Source: Promethearchaeota archaeon
GTDB taxonomy: Archaea; Asgardarchaeota; Lokiarchaeia; Sigyniarchaeales; SOKP01
DNA length: 37,116 nucleotides
NCBI GenBank assembly: GCA_030603385.1
Contig: JAUVXW010000039.1
Span: forward strand, 1-37,116
Reading direction: 5' to 3'
Shown: piece after piece, positions 19,396 through 29,676 of the stretch
Numbering within the stretch: the stretch's first letter is position 1
How the letters are laid out: each line of letters begins with the position of its first letter
Program-made: the position numbers and the translations under genes
Notes under the pieces: generated by a model
Told to the model about the DNA's origin: nothing
Databases searched by the model: none
What the model saw: the letters and a program-made list of their open reading frames with translations, nothing else

Positions 19396-20835
19396 TTGAA
19401 TCAAATTGACTTTTTCGAGAAATTGTTCTATCCAAAAACTCTCGCATTTATAGGTGCCAATCCAAGAAGAATTTGGCATTTGAATGGTTACATAAACAGA
19501 TTTCCAAAAAATTCTCTATATATCGTTACAAATTACTACGATGAATTAATGGAAAACCATGAAGAATTATTAAAAGGTGTGAATATTTGCACAGACATTT
19601 CAGATATTCCTGATGAAATAGACCACAGTATAATTTCGGTCAGCAGAAATAGACTAATAGAAACAATAAAGAAATGTTTAGAAAAAAATTTTTATACTAT
19701 TCATGTATTCTCCGCAGGAACTGGTGAATTCGACGCAAAAGGATTTGCAATTGAATCAGAATTATATGATCTATTCAAAAACAACGAAAATAGCCGACTT
19801 GTAGGTCCAAACTGCATGGGACTTTACAGTCCAAGGGGAAAATTCACATATACTGAGCGTTTTAGTGAACAAGCAGGTAATTTTGCATTAGTTTCACAAA
19901 GTGGGGATCTTACGAATCGGATTGTTTCTAGTCTAAATGCTAAAGGTGTTTATTTTTCTTTCGCGGCGAGTGTAGGAAACTCAATTTCTCTTAGATCTTC
20001 AGATTTGATAGATTACTATAATAAAGACGAAAATACAGATGTTATATTATCTTATATGGAAGGTTTTTCTCAATTTCGACAATCAGAATTTGAGGGTAAA
20101 ATCTTTTTCGATTCATTAAAGAAGATTAAGAAACCGTTACTTCTATTGAAAGGTGGAATTTCAGAGTTAGGAAAAAGAGCAGCAAGCAGTCATACAGGAT
20201 CATTAGCATCACAAGTTCAAATTTGGAATTCCCTATTCAAGCAAACTAATGCAATTCCAATAGAATCATTAGAAGAACTAATAGATACTGCCGTATTGTT
20301 TAGATTCTGTTCTAAATGTGAGCCAAAACATAACAATATAATCATGATAACTTGGAGTGGGGGATCTTCCGTGCTAGGCGTAGATTCTATTGCCCGTTTG
20401 AATGCGGGAATAGATGTTCCTGCAATTCGAGAACCTACTCATTCTAAAATGAAAGAACTAATCCGAGTAGGCTCGATAACAAATCCCTTGGATCTTCCAG
20501 ATGTTAGAGATGAGAATATCCGATTTGAATTATTCAAACTAGCGATAAGTGAAGATTATATTTCAGGTGCTATTCGACTTAGTACAGGGCCTAAATGGAG
20601 AGGAAGGGATCAAGATGAAGAAGCAGTGAAGAGATTTTATGCAGATTTAATGAGATACAAAGAAACATGCGATAAATTGGGAAAACCCTTCATGTTAACT
20701 ATTCCTAATTCAAACGACGCAGATTTCAGAAAAAAGTTAATTGAATTGGAAATACCTGCTTTCCCAAGTTTTTCAAGGGCAGCTAAAGCTTTTTCGAATT
20801 TGTATCGTTATAAAAATTCTAAACGAAAAACTTAG
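19396..20835 (+). CDS. ADP-forming acyl-CoA synthetase alpha-subunit family (CoA-binding)
   Basis: LFYPKTLAFIGA, GPNCMG, VSQSG, AASSHTGSLA, NPLDL. Confidence 0.85.
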   Translation: MNQIDFFEKLFYPKTLAFIGANPRRIWHLNGYINRFPKNSLYIVTNYYDELMENHEELLKGVNICTDISDIPDEIDHSIISVSRNRLIETIKKCLEKNFYTIHVFSAGTGEFDAKGFAIESELYDLFKNNENSRLVGPNCMGLYSPRGKFTYTERFSEQAGNFALVSQSGDLTNRIVSSLNAKGVYFSFAASVGNSISLRSSDLIDYYNKDENTDVILSYMEGFSQFRQSEFEGKIFFDSLKKIKKPLLLLKGGISELGKRAASSHTGSLASQVQIWNSLFKQTNAIPIESLEELIDTAVLFRFCSKCEPKHNNIIMITWSGGSSVLGVDSIARLNAGIDVPAIREPTHSKMKELIRVGSITNPLDLPDVRDENIRFELFKLAISEDYISGAIRLSTGPKWRGRDQDEEAVKRFYADLMRYKETCDKLGKPFMLTIPNSNDADFRKKLIELEIPAFPSFSRAAKAFSNLYRYKNSKRKT

Positions 20836-20979
20836 TAAAATAATTAAAATTTGCCTACATTTCACTTAAAAAGATACAACGATTATTATCACTTATTCAT
20901 TCAATTGTTTATGTACTTTATGTTGATTGAAATGTTTGTAATTATGTGAATTATCCGATTCGTTCGGTGATGGTCAGAT

Positions 20980-21891
20980 ATGAGTAAAATAAAGTTTGGA
21001 GTAACGATAAATGCTGCACCGGATATGCTATACAGATCCGATTACAATTCAATTAGAAAAATAGCACAGGAATGTGAAAGATTGGGCTATGACTCTCTTT
21101 GGGTTATGGATCATCTTATATGGGGTGATTATAATGAGGGAAGCGTTTTCGAAGCGTTTGCGCTGCTTTCTGCGTTAGCTGTAGAAACTAAATCAATCAA
21201 GCTCGGACCATTGGTAACATGCAATTCTTTCAGAAGTCCTACACTGACAGCTAAAATTGCATCCACAATTGATATTATCTCTAATGGAAGATTGATTTTT
21301 GGCTACGGTGCCGGTTGGAAGGAGGAAGAATACAAAGCTTATGGATTTCCATTCAGTGATCCCGTAACAAGAGTGAAACAAATGAGGGAAGGAATAACGC
21401 TAATAAAGAAGCTCTGGACTGAAGAAAAAACGACTTTCAAAGGAGATTTCTATGAAGCAAAAGACGCAATCTGCAAGCCTAAACCGGTGCAAAAACCGCA
21501 TCCTCCCATCATGATTGGTGGGGGTGGAGAAAAGTATACCCTAAAGGTCGCAGCCGAAATCGGGAATATCTGGAATGCGTGGGGGCCTAATACAGAAGAA
21601 TATAAAAGAAAGGCGAATATTCTAAAAGAATACTGCGATAAACTCGGAAGAAAAATAGATGATATAGACCTCTCATGGAGTGGTAACATTTTGATTGGAA
21701 AAAATGAAAAAGATTTGAATAAAAAGATTAGCAGGTATGGAAAAGACATTAGTTTTGTGTGTACTTATGACAACTGTACAGAAATATTACAAGACTATAT
21801 TGACGCGGGTTGTAAAGAATTCATTTTTTCCTTATATAGTTTTAATGATGAAAAGGAGACCTTTATGGACGAGATAGCTTCGTCATTTTAG
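20980..21891 (+). CDS. LLM-class (probably F420-dependent) oxidoreductase
   Basis: GYDSLWVMDH, DIISNGRL-x-x-G-x-GAGW, PKPVQKPHPPIMIGGGGEK. Confidence 0.9.
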   Translation: MSKIKFGVTINAAPDMLYRSDYNSIRKIAQECERLGYDSLWVMDHLIWGDYNEGSVFEAFALLSALAVETKSIKLGPLVTCNSFRSPTLTAKIASTIDIISNGRLIFGYGAGWKEEEYKAYGFPFSDPVTRVKQMREGITLIKKLWTEEKTTFKGDFYEAKDAICKPKPVQKPHPPIMIGGGGEKYTLKVAAEIGNIWNAWGPNTEEYKRKANILKEYCDKLGRKIDDIDLSWSGNILIGKNEKDLNKKISRYGKDISFVCTYDNCTEILQDYIDAGCKEFIFSLYSFNDEKETFMDEIASSF

Positions 21892-22010
21892 AAAAAAATA
21901 TAAAATTATTAAAATCTACTTTTAAACGTCAATAAAGCCCTAATTTTTGAATATTTAGTCTATTTTTCAATATGTATTTAAACATATTTTACTATATAGT
22001 ATAATAGAAA

Positions 22011-22253
22011 ATGTCAGATATTATCGAAAGTAATCCGGAAATTCTAGGAGGAAAGCCTATCATTAAGGGAACCAGAATTCCCGTTGCTTTAATCTATGAA
22101 CTAATTGGGTTGAATTATTCAATAAACGAAATTCTTAAAGAATATCCACATTTGGATCGTGATATTATTCTAACTCTCCTTAAGATTGGGAAGGATGCAA
22201 ATGAAAACCTTATGAATGTGGATATTGATGAGATTATAAGTAAAGAGGTTTAA
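22011..22253 (+). CDS. DUF433 antitoxin, copy of 8200..8442
   Basis: 2 aa differences of 80; upstream ~90 bp also homologous. Confidence 0.9.
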   Translation: MSDIIESNPEILGGKPIIKGTRIPVALIYELIGLNYSINEILKEYPHLDRDIILTLLKIGKDANENLMNVDIDEIISKEV

Positions 22254-22256
22254 TTT

Positions 22257-22286
22257 TTGAATTTTCTTCTCGATGAGAATGTACCT
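22257..22286 (+). pseudogene. 10-codon remnant of the DUF5615 toxin
   Basis: TTGAATTTTCTTCTCGATGAGAATGTACCT identical to 8446-8475. Confidence 0.7.
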
Positions 22287-22407
22287 TCCGTTGATTGTTA
22301 TTGAAAAAGTTACTTCACCTGTTTTATTACTAATGGTATAAGGAAATTATAATTATAAACTAGAATAAAAATTATATAAGTATAAAATCTATTCATATTA
22401 TAGAAAA

Positions 22408-22689
22408 ATGGTAGAGAAAATAACAATTAAACTACCAGCTGACCTTCTTGAGTTAACTGGTCTTAGTTCTAAAAATTTGGAAGAAAAAAGTCTTCTAATA
22501 TGGATATTAGATATTTATGCAGAGGGAAAGATAACGCTTTCCAAAGCGGCTAATCTATTGAATATGAAAGTGGATAAATTTTTATCAGAATTTCATAAAC
22601 GTCATCTTAAACATATTGGCGGGCCTGAATCCGTAGAAGAAGCTCAAAAGGAGTACGATTTAGTTCAGAAATTAACAAATGACGAGTAA
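22408..22689 (+). CDS. UPF0175 family antitoxin
   Basis: YAEGKITLSKAANLL. Confidence 0.8.
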   Translation: MVEKITIKLPADLLELTGLSSKNLEEKSLLIWILDIYAEGKITLSKAANLLNMKVDKFLSEFHKRHLKHIGGPESVEEAQKEYDLVQKLTNDE

Positions 22690-22694
22690 TATGC

Positions 22695-23150
22695 ATGATT
22701 ATCCTCGATAATAGCGTATTAAGCGCATTTAGACGTCTTAAACTCCTTTCTAATTTAAATAAATTAATATCCTCTGCAATAATCTCTAAAGAAGTTTTCA
22801 ATGAATATTCAAAACGGTGGCAGAAGAAAATTCCAAATTGGATCAAAATTAAGCAACCCAGTGATGATATAATATTGGAATCAAGTCCCGTATCATTAAG
22901 TATAGTGGACCTAAGTCTTATAAGATTAGCTTTAGAACATAAAATTCCTATCGCAACAGATGATAAACCCTTACGTCAATTTGCCAAGAATTTAGGTATT
23001 TCAATTGTAGGATCTCTTGGTTTATTAAAATCACTCTATCAAAGTAAGATTATTAAAACAAGAGAAGAATATTTATCGTTTTTAGAATCTCTTCAAGAAG
23101 ATATTTTTATTTCTGACGAGCTCATGAAGTGGGCATTAGAAGAGCCTTGA
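22695..23150 (+). CDS. PIN/DUF3368-type toxin
   Basis: IILDNS, TDD-x-x-LR-x-x-A-x-x-LG...GSLGLL. Confidence 0.8.
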   Translation: MIILDNSVLSAFRRLKLLSNLNKLISSAIISKEVFNEYSKRWQKKIPNWIKIKQPSDDIILESSPVSLSIVDLSLIRLALEHKIPIATDDKPLRQFAKNLGISIVGSLGLLKSLYQSKIIKTREEYLSFLESLQEDIFISDELMKWALEEP

Positions 23151-23296
23151 TTTACTATTGGTATTAATTACAATTTAATCAAAAATAATTAGATCTATTA
23201 AAACTTTAATAGAGGTATTAAGCAATTCAGATCAACGATTTGTAAGAATTCAAAATTCTTGTTTTTATTTTAAATACTTAAATTTTTCTTAAATTA

Positions 23297-23914
23297 TCAT
23301 TCCTTAATCTTATATCCTGTTTCTTCCCATGCTTTTCTTATTACCGGATTTTTTTTAAGAAATGAATCAACTACTTCTTTTTTTACATGGTTAAAAGGGC
23401 AAGAGAAATTTAAACAATTGCCACACCTTTTTATAATTAAAAAACTAAAGAAGATGAAAATTTCTATAATTGAAATTATTAAAAAGATAAATTGACCACC
23501 CAGTATTAAAAAAATTAATGGATATCCAACAAGAATAATAAAACCAATCATTAATTGAATTTTTTCAGATGTCTTCATAGGTTCTGGGTGATATTTCCAG
23601 AGTTTAAGACTACCATAATTAGCAATACAATGTAATGTTTTCCCTTCTTCCGCATAGTAAGGACAATGACTACAAAGAATTCTGATTTCCCAAAATTCAA
23701 AGAAAATGAACCAAAAACCAACCCAACCTAATAAAAACCAACCAAAACCAGCCATTATAACGCCAATAAAAGCAGTAATGACAAAAATAATGAATAATCC
23801 TATAAAACTAAACAAATATTTTCTATGGAAATGGCATATTAGTTTGCCTTTTATAAAGCAATCATTACATTCTTCAGTATCTTTCCAGATACAAACATTG
23901 TGGAGATTTTTCAT
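23297..23914 (-). CDS. Cys-rich multi-pass membrane protein
   Basis: Four hydrophobic segments; CSHCPYY, CGNCLNFSCPFN. Confidence 0.7.
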   Translation of the reverse strand: MKNLHNVCIWKDTEECNDCFIKGKLICHFHRKYLFSFIGLFIIFVITAFIGVIMAGFGWFLLGWVGFWFIFFEFWEIRILCSHCPYYAEEGKTLHCIANYGSLKLWKYHPEPMKTSEKIQLMIGFIILVGYPLIFLILGGQFIFLIISIIEIFIFFSFLIIKRCGNCLNFSCPFNHVKKEVVDSFLKKNPVIRKAWEETGYKIKE

Positions 23915-24028
23915 TGTATTATTATTAAATTAACCTTTTAATATCATATACAAATTTCTACTAGAGTTAAATATTGTTATGAAAAAACCTGGAAGAGTAA
24001 AATATGACCCAAAGAATTATTTGTAAAC

Positions 24029-24475
24029 TTAATTTGAACTTAGATAATTCTTGCAGAATTCTTCTGATGTGCAAATTTTTATAAGGTTCTTTACTCGATT
24101 AAATCTTCCATCATTAGAGATTAAGAATGACACTTTCTCATGTAAAGAAGCTGCGACAATAATGCTATCGGGTAATCTAAGATTTGTTTCACTTCGAATT
24201 TTTGCCGATTGATCAGCTAATCTCCTATCCAAATTAACGATTATGTAATTATCTTGTGAATATAACTTCGAAATATATTCATCTTTCTCTTTAGGTTTAT
24301 TTATATTATAGTAACCTACGCATAGTTCTGCAATTGTAATATTCGAAATAACTCCTTTTAATTGTCCGTCTTCAATCGCATCTAAAATCTTAGAAGAATT
24401 TTCGCAAAATGGCTCTTCTTCTTCTTTAACATTTATAAAGATATTAGTATCAATTGTTATTTTCATTAATCCCAT
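24029..24475 (-). CDS. vapC: VapC PIN toxin
   Basis: IDTNIFI, IS-x-ITIAE, LRLPDSII, ISND. Confidence 0.9.
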   Translation of the reverse strand: MGLMKITIDTNIFINVKEEEEPFCENSSKILDAIEDGQLKGVISNITIAELCVGYYNINKPKEKDEYISKLYSQDNYIIVNLDRRLADQSAKIRSETNLRLPDSIIVAASLHEKVSFLISNDGRFNRVKNLIKICTSEEFCKNYLSSN

Positions 24476-24702
24476 TCCTCTCTTAATTTCCTCTGAAATT
24501 CAACCCCTTTAACCCCCCAACGAGTATGACTTTTTAAGATCTCTACAAGCCTTCTTTTTTCGGGTTTTTTCAGAATGATCTCATTATCTTTCAAATAAAC
24601 AATAAGCTTATCCCCTTTTAAAATGTTCAATCGCTCTCTAACTTCTTTGGGAATGGTTATTTGCCCTTTTTCACTTACAGTTATTCTTGCTACTATCTCC
24701 AT
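24466..24702 (-). CDS. AbrB/MazE/SpoVT antitoxin
   Basis: VSEKGQITIPKEVRERL-x-I-x-x-GD; LREEW C-terminus. Confidence 0.9.
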   Translation of the reverse strand: MEIVARITVSEKGQITIPKEVRERLNILKGDKLIVYLKDNEIILKKPEKRRLVEILKSHTRWGVKGVEFQRKLREEWD

Positions 24703-24899
24703 TAATCATCATTTTTTACTTTCCTATTTATAAGTAAGACTTTTCTTACTTTTAAACCTTACTGTGAATGGAAATCTATTAGTACACATTAAATCATTAA
24801 AACATGAAGTTATTTTTTTTTTTAAAAATAAAGCAGGAGAAATTATCAAGAAATAATTTAGTTCCAAGTAGATTAGATGAGAAGAAATTAAGTAATGAT

Positions 24900-26045
24900 T
24901 TATGATTTTTTTTCTAAATTTTTTTTGGTAACGCAATATACTGGTCCTTTTCTCATTACTACTAAGCAAGAATTACAACTTGTGCATTTTGCTGGTGAAA
25001 TATCACCATTTTTCCAACGATTAGGTAAATCAGGTTCATATATTAAAGGACGACACATCGAAATGAAATCTGCTTGCTTGTCATTTAGTATTTTTTCTGC
25101 AGAGAGTGGATTTTTTATACCTCCCACCAGAATCAATTTTGTTTTATTTATTAGCGGTTTTATCATTTTAGCTGTGGATAAAAAATAGTTTTCACCCTCA
25201 GATGATTTAATCATTTTGCAAGGATAAGGATTTTTATGGGCTAATTGACTTTCATAAATCCCTCCACTAGGTTCAATCGCATCATAACCAGTATCGGCAA
25301 GAATCTCTGCTATTTTTGAACTCGTGTCTAATGTAAGGCCTCCAGGTACTGAATCGTGGGTTTGGAGTTTGACTGTTATAGGGAATTTTTTTCCAAGCTC
25401 ATCTCTAGTTTGATTGAAGATTTCTACAAGGATTTTAGCCATATTTTCAATGCTTCCCCCAAATTCATCCCTACGTTTGTTTGTATAAGGTGAAACGAAA
25501 TTACTTAGAAGATACCCATGAGTTGCATGGAGTTGGACCATATCATATCCGCATTCATAAGCTCGAATAGCCGTTTCTTTAAATCTTTTAATTAATTCAT
25601 AAATCTCTTCAACACTTAATTCTTTTGGTGTTAAACCTGTCGTTTTTTCTGGAATCGGAGAAGGTGCGACAGGAGGAAATCTTGGATGCTCACCCTGCCG
25701 TCCCATATGAACAATTTGTATAGCTAACTTAACATCTGGTTGATCATGAACTATTTTAACTAATTTTTTGTGTCCTGAAATATAGGAGTCATTATCTAAT
25801 CGAAGTTGATATGGGCTTCCTGTCGCACTCGGATCTATTCCGGTAAATCCAGTGATAATTAATCCTGTTCCACCACGTGCTAATTCATCATAAAAGTCAA
25901 TTATTTTTTGACCAACATATCCATATTTTTCAGCTCTATGCTCAAAAGTAGCCGACCTGACAATTCTATTCTTAATTTCTACATTTCCAATTTTTTCCGG
26001 GCTGAATAGTGTTTTTAATTCCTTCATTATCTTTACCAATTTCAT
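24900..26045 (-). CDS. NADH:flavin oxidoreductase (old yellow enzyme family)
   Basis: KNRIVRSAT, GGTGLIITG, QLHATHGYLLS-x-F-x-SP-x-x-N-x-R-x-DEFGGS, RPLI-x-EPDLP. Confidence 0.9.
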   Translation of the reverse strand: MKLVKIMKELKTLFSPEKIGNVEIKNRIVRSATFEHRAEKYGYVGQKIIDFYDELARGGTGLIITGFTGIDPSATGSPYQLRLDNDSYISGHKKLVKIVHDQPDVKLAIQIVHMGRQGEHPRFPPVAPSPIPEKTTGLTPKELSVEEIYELIKRFKETAIRAYECGYDMVQLHATHGYLLSNFVSPYTNKRRDEFGGSIENMAKILVEIFNQTRDELGKKFPITVKLQTHDSVPGGLTLDTSSKIAEILADTGYDAIEPSGGIYESQLAHKNPYPCKMIKSSEGENYFLSTAKMIKPLINKTKLILVGGIKNPLSAEKILNDKQADFISMCRPLIYEPDLPNRWKNGDISPAKCTSCNSCLVVMRKGPVYCVTKKNLEKKS

Positions 26046-26325
26046 TCGTTTAACTATGACTTCATCCTGCCTTTATTTATAATTAACTTGGTTCGTATTT
26101 TCGAAGATTATAAAAATAAACCAAAATAAATTATATTTCTTAAAACAAAGAAATAAAACTAGGATTTTAATGCCTAAATAACATCCTCTTTTGGTATCAA
26201 TTTTTTTTATATTCTTTAAAAATTACTTGATAGCTTTGAAGTTTCTTTTTCTCTTCTTTTGATAATTTTCTCGCACCAGGTCTAACATTATAAGAAAAAG
26301 TAAATTTGATTTTTTTCATTCTAAC

Positions 26326-26520
26326 TCAGTAGAAACAGTAGCTAGTAGATGGAATTTTTGAAATTGTTATATCTCGGTCTTCATATTTTTTTGCCAGTTC
26401 AAGAATGACTTTTATATCAATATTTCTTTCAATTATTTCATCATCTTTTAAAATAACCCATTCACCAGTCAATTCTTCCATCATTTTCCCTCGATTCTTA
26501 CATTTTTTATTTGTAACCAT
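26326..26520 (-). CDS. DUF5678-like small protein
   Basis: GEWVIL-x-DDEII...KIP. Confidence 0.5.
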   Translation of the reverse strand: MVTNKKCKNRGKMMEELTGEWVILKDDEIIERNIDIKVILELAKKYEDRDITISKIPSTSYCFY

Positions 26521-26961
26521 TTCTAAAAGATTTTTGTTTGCCTTACACTTTAAAAAAATGCTTCTAGTATATTATTTCTACTAATATATTTAAAATCTTT
26601 TAATGTAACACGAGTGCAGAATAATAGAAATAGATTTAATATTAATATTTTTCTGAAATTAATCATAACTATTTTGGATAAAGATGTTTTATTATAAAAT
26701 CCTGTTTTCAATTTATTTTTCATCTTAATAAGAAGATTCATAAATAACACTTTTAAAATAGTTTTGAATATTATAGCTTAAAGAACTTTCCATATTGTCA
26801 AATCTACATCCTTCTTGTGCATATTAGAGTTCATTTTTTCTTTAATATATATAGAGATTTAAAAACAAAATAATATATTTAAGATTTTTTCCTTTTTTTG
26901 AAATAAATTTTTCTTGTAAGTTGTAATTTGATTAATTAATACCTCATTTAATTTTAGTGCC

Positions 26962-27840
26962 ATGAATCCAAAAAAGATTTGTATCTATTATTTTTCTGGA
27001 ACTGGTAATACTGAACTTGTCTCTAAACTTTTTTGTAAAGAGTTTAGAAAGCAGGGTGCTAAAGCTGACATTATTGCAGTTGAAGAAATTCTAAAGGGTA
27101 AAATTTCAATAAACGTGAAAGATTATGACCTTCTAGGCTTTGGACACCCCGTACACGCATTCAGCGCACCTAGAATCTTTTTTGAGTTTATAAAAAGCCT
27201 TCCACCTGCTGGAGTTATTCCTTCATTTTATTTCAGAACAGCGGGAGACCCTCTTTGTAATGGTGGAGCTACTTCCCTGGTAAGGAAGATTTTGCAGTAT
27301 AAGGGGTATAAAGTGTTTCATGAGAGTCTTCTGGTTATGCCCGCAAATGTGTTAATTCAATATGATGATGAGTTAGTAAAGCAATTGTTTATCACAGCAA
27401 AAAGAAAAATCTTTAAAATAGTTAAGGAAGTGTTACAGAATGAAGTTAACCTACAAAAGAACAGTCTGATATTGAGAATCATCTCATATCTATTTAGTAA
27501 AGCAGAAACTATTGGAGGGAAATATTTCGGGGAATATCTATATGTCACCGATAGTTGCAACCAATGTAATCTCTGTATTAATAAATGGCCGACAGGTAAT
27601 ATTTATAAAGACAATGAAAGTGGAAAAATTAAATTTGGAAAAAAATGCACCTTTTGCTTGAAGTGTGTTTATCTTTGTCCAAATAATTCTATTAAGAGCA
27701 AATACATGAACTTCTTTATTCTAAAGGATGGATATAATATCCAAAAAGCCATCGAGAATCCCATGTTGAAAGGTATATATGTAACGGAAGCCACAAAAGG
27801 TTACTTTAAGCATTTTTATAAATATTTAAGCGATGTTTAA
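26962..27840 (+). CDS. EFR1-family flavodoxin-ferredoxin fusion
   Basis: YFSGTGNT, MPAN, CNQCNLCINKWP, CTFCLKCVYLCP. Confidence 0.85.
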   Translation: MNPKKICIYYFSGTGNTELVSKLFCKEFRKQGAKADIIAVEEILKGKISINVKDYDLLGFGHPVHAFSAPRIFFEFIKSLPPAGVIPSFYFRTAGDPLCNGGATSLVRKILQYKGYKVFHESLLVMPANVLIQYDDELVKQLFITAKRKIFKIVKEVLQNEVNLQKNSLILRIISYLFSKAETIGGKYFGEYLYVTDSCNQCNLCINKWPTGNIYKDNESGKIKFGKKCTFCLKCVYLCPNNSIKSKYMNFFILKDGYNIQKAIENPMLKGIYVTEATKGYFKHFYKYLSDV

Positions 27841-28088
27841 CACGTTTATTAGAAACCAGCAATTTAGATTTTATTAAGATCTATGTGAAAAATTCTTGGA
27901 TAAACTCACCAATTCCTTTTATTTAAATTTTATCTAAAAAAAAGGTTTTTAAATTGCTCCATTGATAAATATCAGATCTCTATTTAGAAAAACTTAATTA
28001 TATTATAAACAGATAAATATTTAGAAGATTAAAATCATTAGAATTAAATGAAATTCATAAAAACCTAATATAAAAAGTTTGTTGAAAA

Positions 28089-29045
28089 ATGGAAAAATGC
28101 GATTCCGCAAAAGTTATAAGTATTATCAATTGGAAAGGTGGTGTAGGTAAAACTACATGTGCTGTAAATATTGCTGCTGAGTGGGCGGATAGGGGCTCTA
28201 ATGTCTTACTCATGGATGTTGATGCTCAAGCCTCAGCTTCAGCATACATATATACAGAAGAAATGTATAAGGGAGAATATTATAACCCAATATTAGAAGC
28301 ATTGAAATCAAGAAGAGATGAAGATGTTGCAAAAAACATTGCAATAAAGAAATCTATTTTCGGTATTTTTTGGGATGCAATAAAAGATGATATGCAATTT
28401 TCAATTGAAAATGGAATAAAAAAGAGTTTAGGAGGCCTGAGAAAATTGGATTTAATCCCCTCAACATTTTATCTAAATGAACTCGAGCAAGATATCACTA
28501 CAGCATCAAGTTCCCAGGGTTTATCTCCATTTAACATATTGAGGTTAGGATTAAATAAACATAAAATTTTAGAAGATTATAACTATATTTTAATTGATTG
28601 TCCACCGAATCTAAATTTAGTTACTTTGAATGCTCTCTTTGCTTCAGACTATTATATTATTCCTACAATTCCAGATCAATTATCTACACTAGGTTTGCCA
28701 TTATTAATAAGAAGACTACAAACTGTTAAAAAAAGACGGATTGAACTGGATGGCAAAGACCCTAAACTTTTAGGTATAATATTAACAAAGATTTCTCATC
28801 AATTGAGGGGAATTCAAACTTCTTGGATCGAAGTTCAATTACCATGGATGTTGGAAAGATTTATTGAAGATAAATTAGTTTGGGAAAAGGCTAAAATATT
28901 CGAGAATACAATCAAGGAAACTGTTGATATCCAAAAAGCTATGGAGGAATCAAAACCACTTTGTACCTCAAAACAAAAAACTAAAGAAATTAGGACAAGA
29001 TATCAAAGTCTAGCAAAAGAAATTATTCAAACTATATTTACTTAA
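28089..29045 (+). CDS. parA: ParA/Soj family ATPase
   Basis: KGGVGKTT deviant Walker A, D-x-DAQ, LIDCPP, NALFASD. Confidence 0.85.
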   Translation: MEKCDSAKVISIINWKGGVGKTTCAVNIAAEWADRGSNVLLMDVDAQASASAYIYTEEMYKGEYYNPILEALKSRRDEDVAKNIAIKKSIFGIFWDAIKDDMQFSIENGIKKSLGGLRKLDLIPSTFYLNELEQDITTASSSQGLSPFNILRLGLNKHKILEDYNYILIDCPPNLNLVTLNALFASDYYIIPTIPDQLSTLGLPLLIRRLQTVKKRRIELDGKDPKLLGIILTKISHQLRGIQTSWIEVQLPWMLERFIEDKLVWEKAKIFENTIKETVDIQKAMEESKPLCTSKQKTKEIRTRYQSLAKEIIQTIFT

Positions 29046-29070
29046 GAAACAAGTTAGGTGGTTTTTAAAT

Positions 29071-29676
29071 TTGATAAGTGATAAAGAGTTAATTAACAAA
29101 GTAGAAGAAATATTAGAATTCTTAAAAGTAAATACAGTTTCCATAGATTTTAAAAAAATTAAGAATGAGATTTCTAAACTGGATTCAAAGCTAAAGACTT
29201 CATTATTTCCAAACGAAAAATTTAAAGAAATTTTCTCAGACAAAGCTCTTTTTCCAAATTTAACTGAAATAAAATCATTTATGTCAAAAAACTTTAAGAT
29301 TGAGATTAAAGAACGTTCTACAGCAGGAATATTGTCGATAATTACTTACTATCTTACTATTGATCCTACATTATTACTTAAAATTCAAAATAAAGCTATT
29401 ACTTTAAAAGTAAAACCACCAATTGCTCCAATAAAAAGAACCCCTTCAAAAAGGAAAAAAAAAGTAATAACTGATAAAAGTTGGAGGGATTGGACTAAAT
29501 ATAATCCGGTTGATTTAAGAGAACATTTAAATGATCTCACAGTTGCTCAGATTAAATCCCTTTCTGGAAAATTATTAATTTCAAGTGAGAAAAATGTAAG
29601 AAGAGCAATATTGGTTGAAAATATTATTAGAAAGATAAAAAGATTAGAAACTCATTATGGAATGGGACCTGGATGA
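29071..29676 (+). CDS. basic hypothetical protein with C-terminal HeH (Rho-N/SAP-like) motif
   Basis: AGGTGG RBS; LNDLTVAQIKSLS...RRAILVENII; ATGA overlap with next gene. Confidence 0.55.
   Translation: MISDKELINKVEEILEFLKVNTVSIDFKKIKNEISKLDSKLKTSLFPNEKFKEIFSDKALFPNLTEIKSFMSKNFKIEIKERSTAGILSIITYYLTIDPTLLLKIQNKAITLKVKPPIAPIKRTPSKRKKKVITDKSWRDWTKYNPVDLREHLNDLTVAQIKSLSGKLLISSEKNVRRAILVENIIRKIKRLETHYGMGPG

Noticed and set aside
24724-26750. ORFs 24724..24969 and 26550..26750
   Set aside because: Low-complexity AT-rich translations without motifs or RBS; probably spurious.
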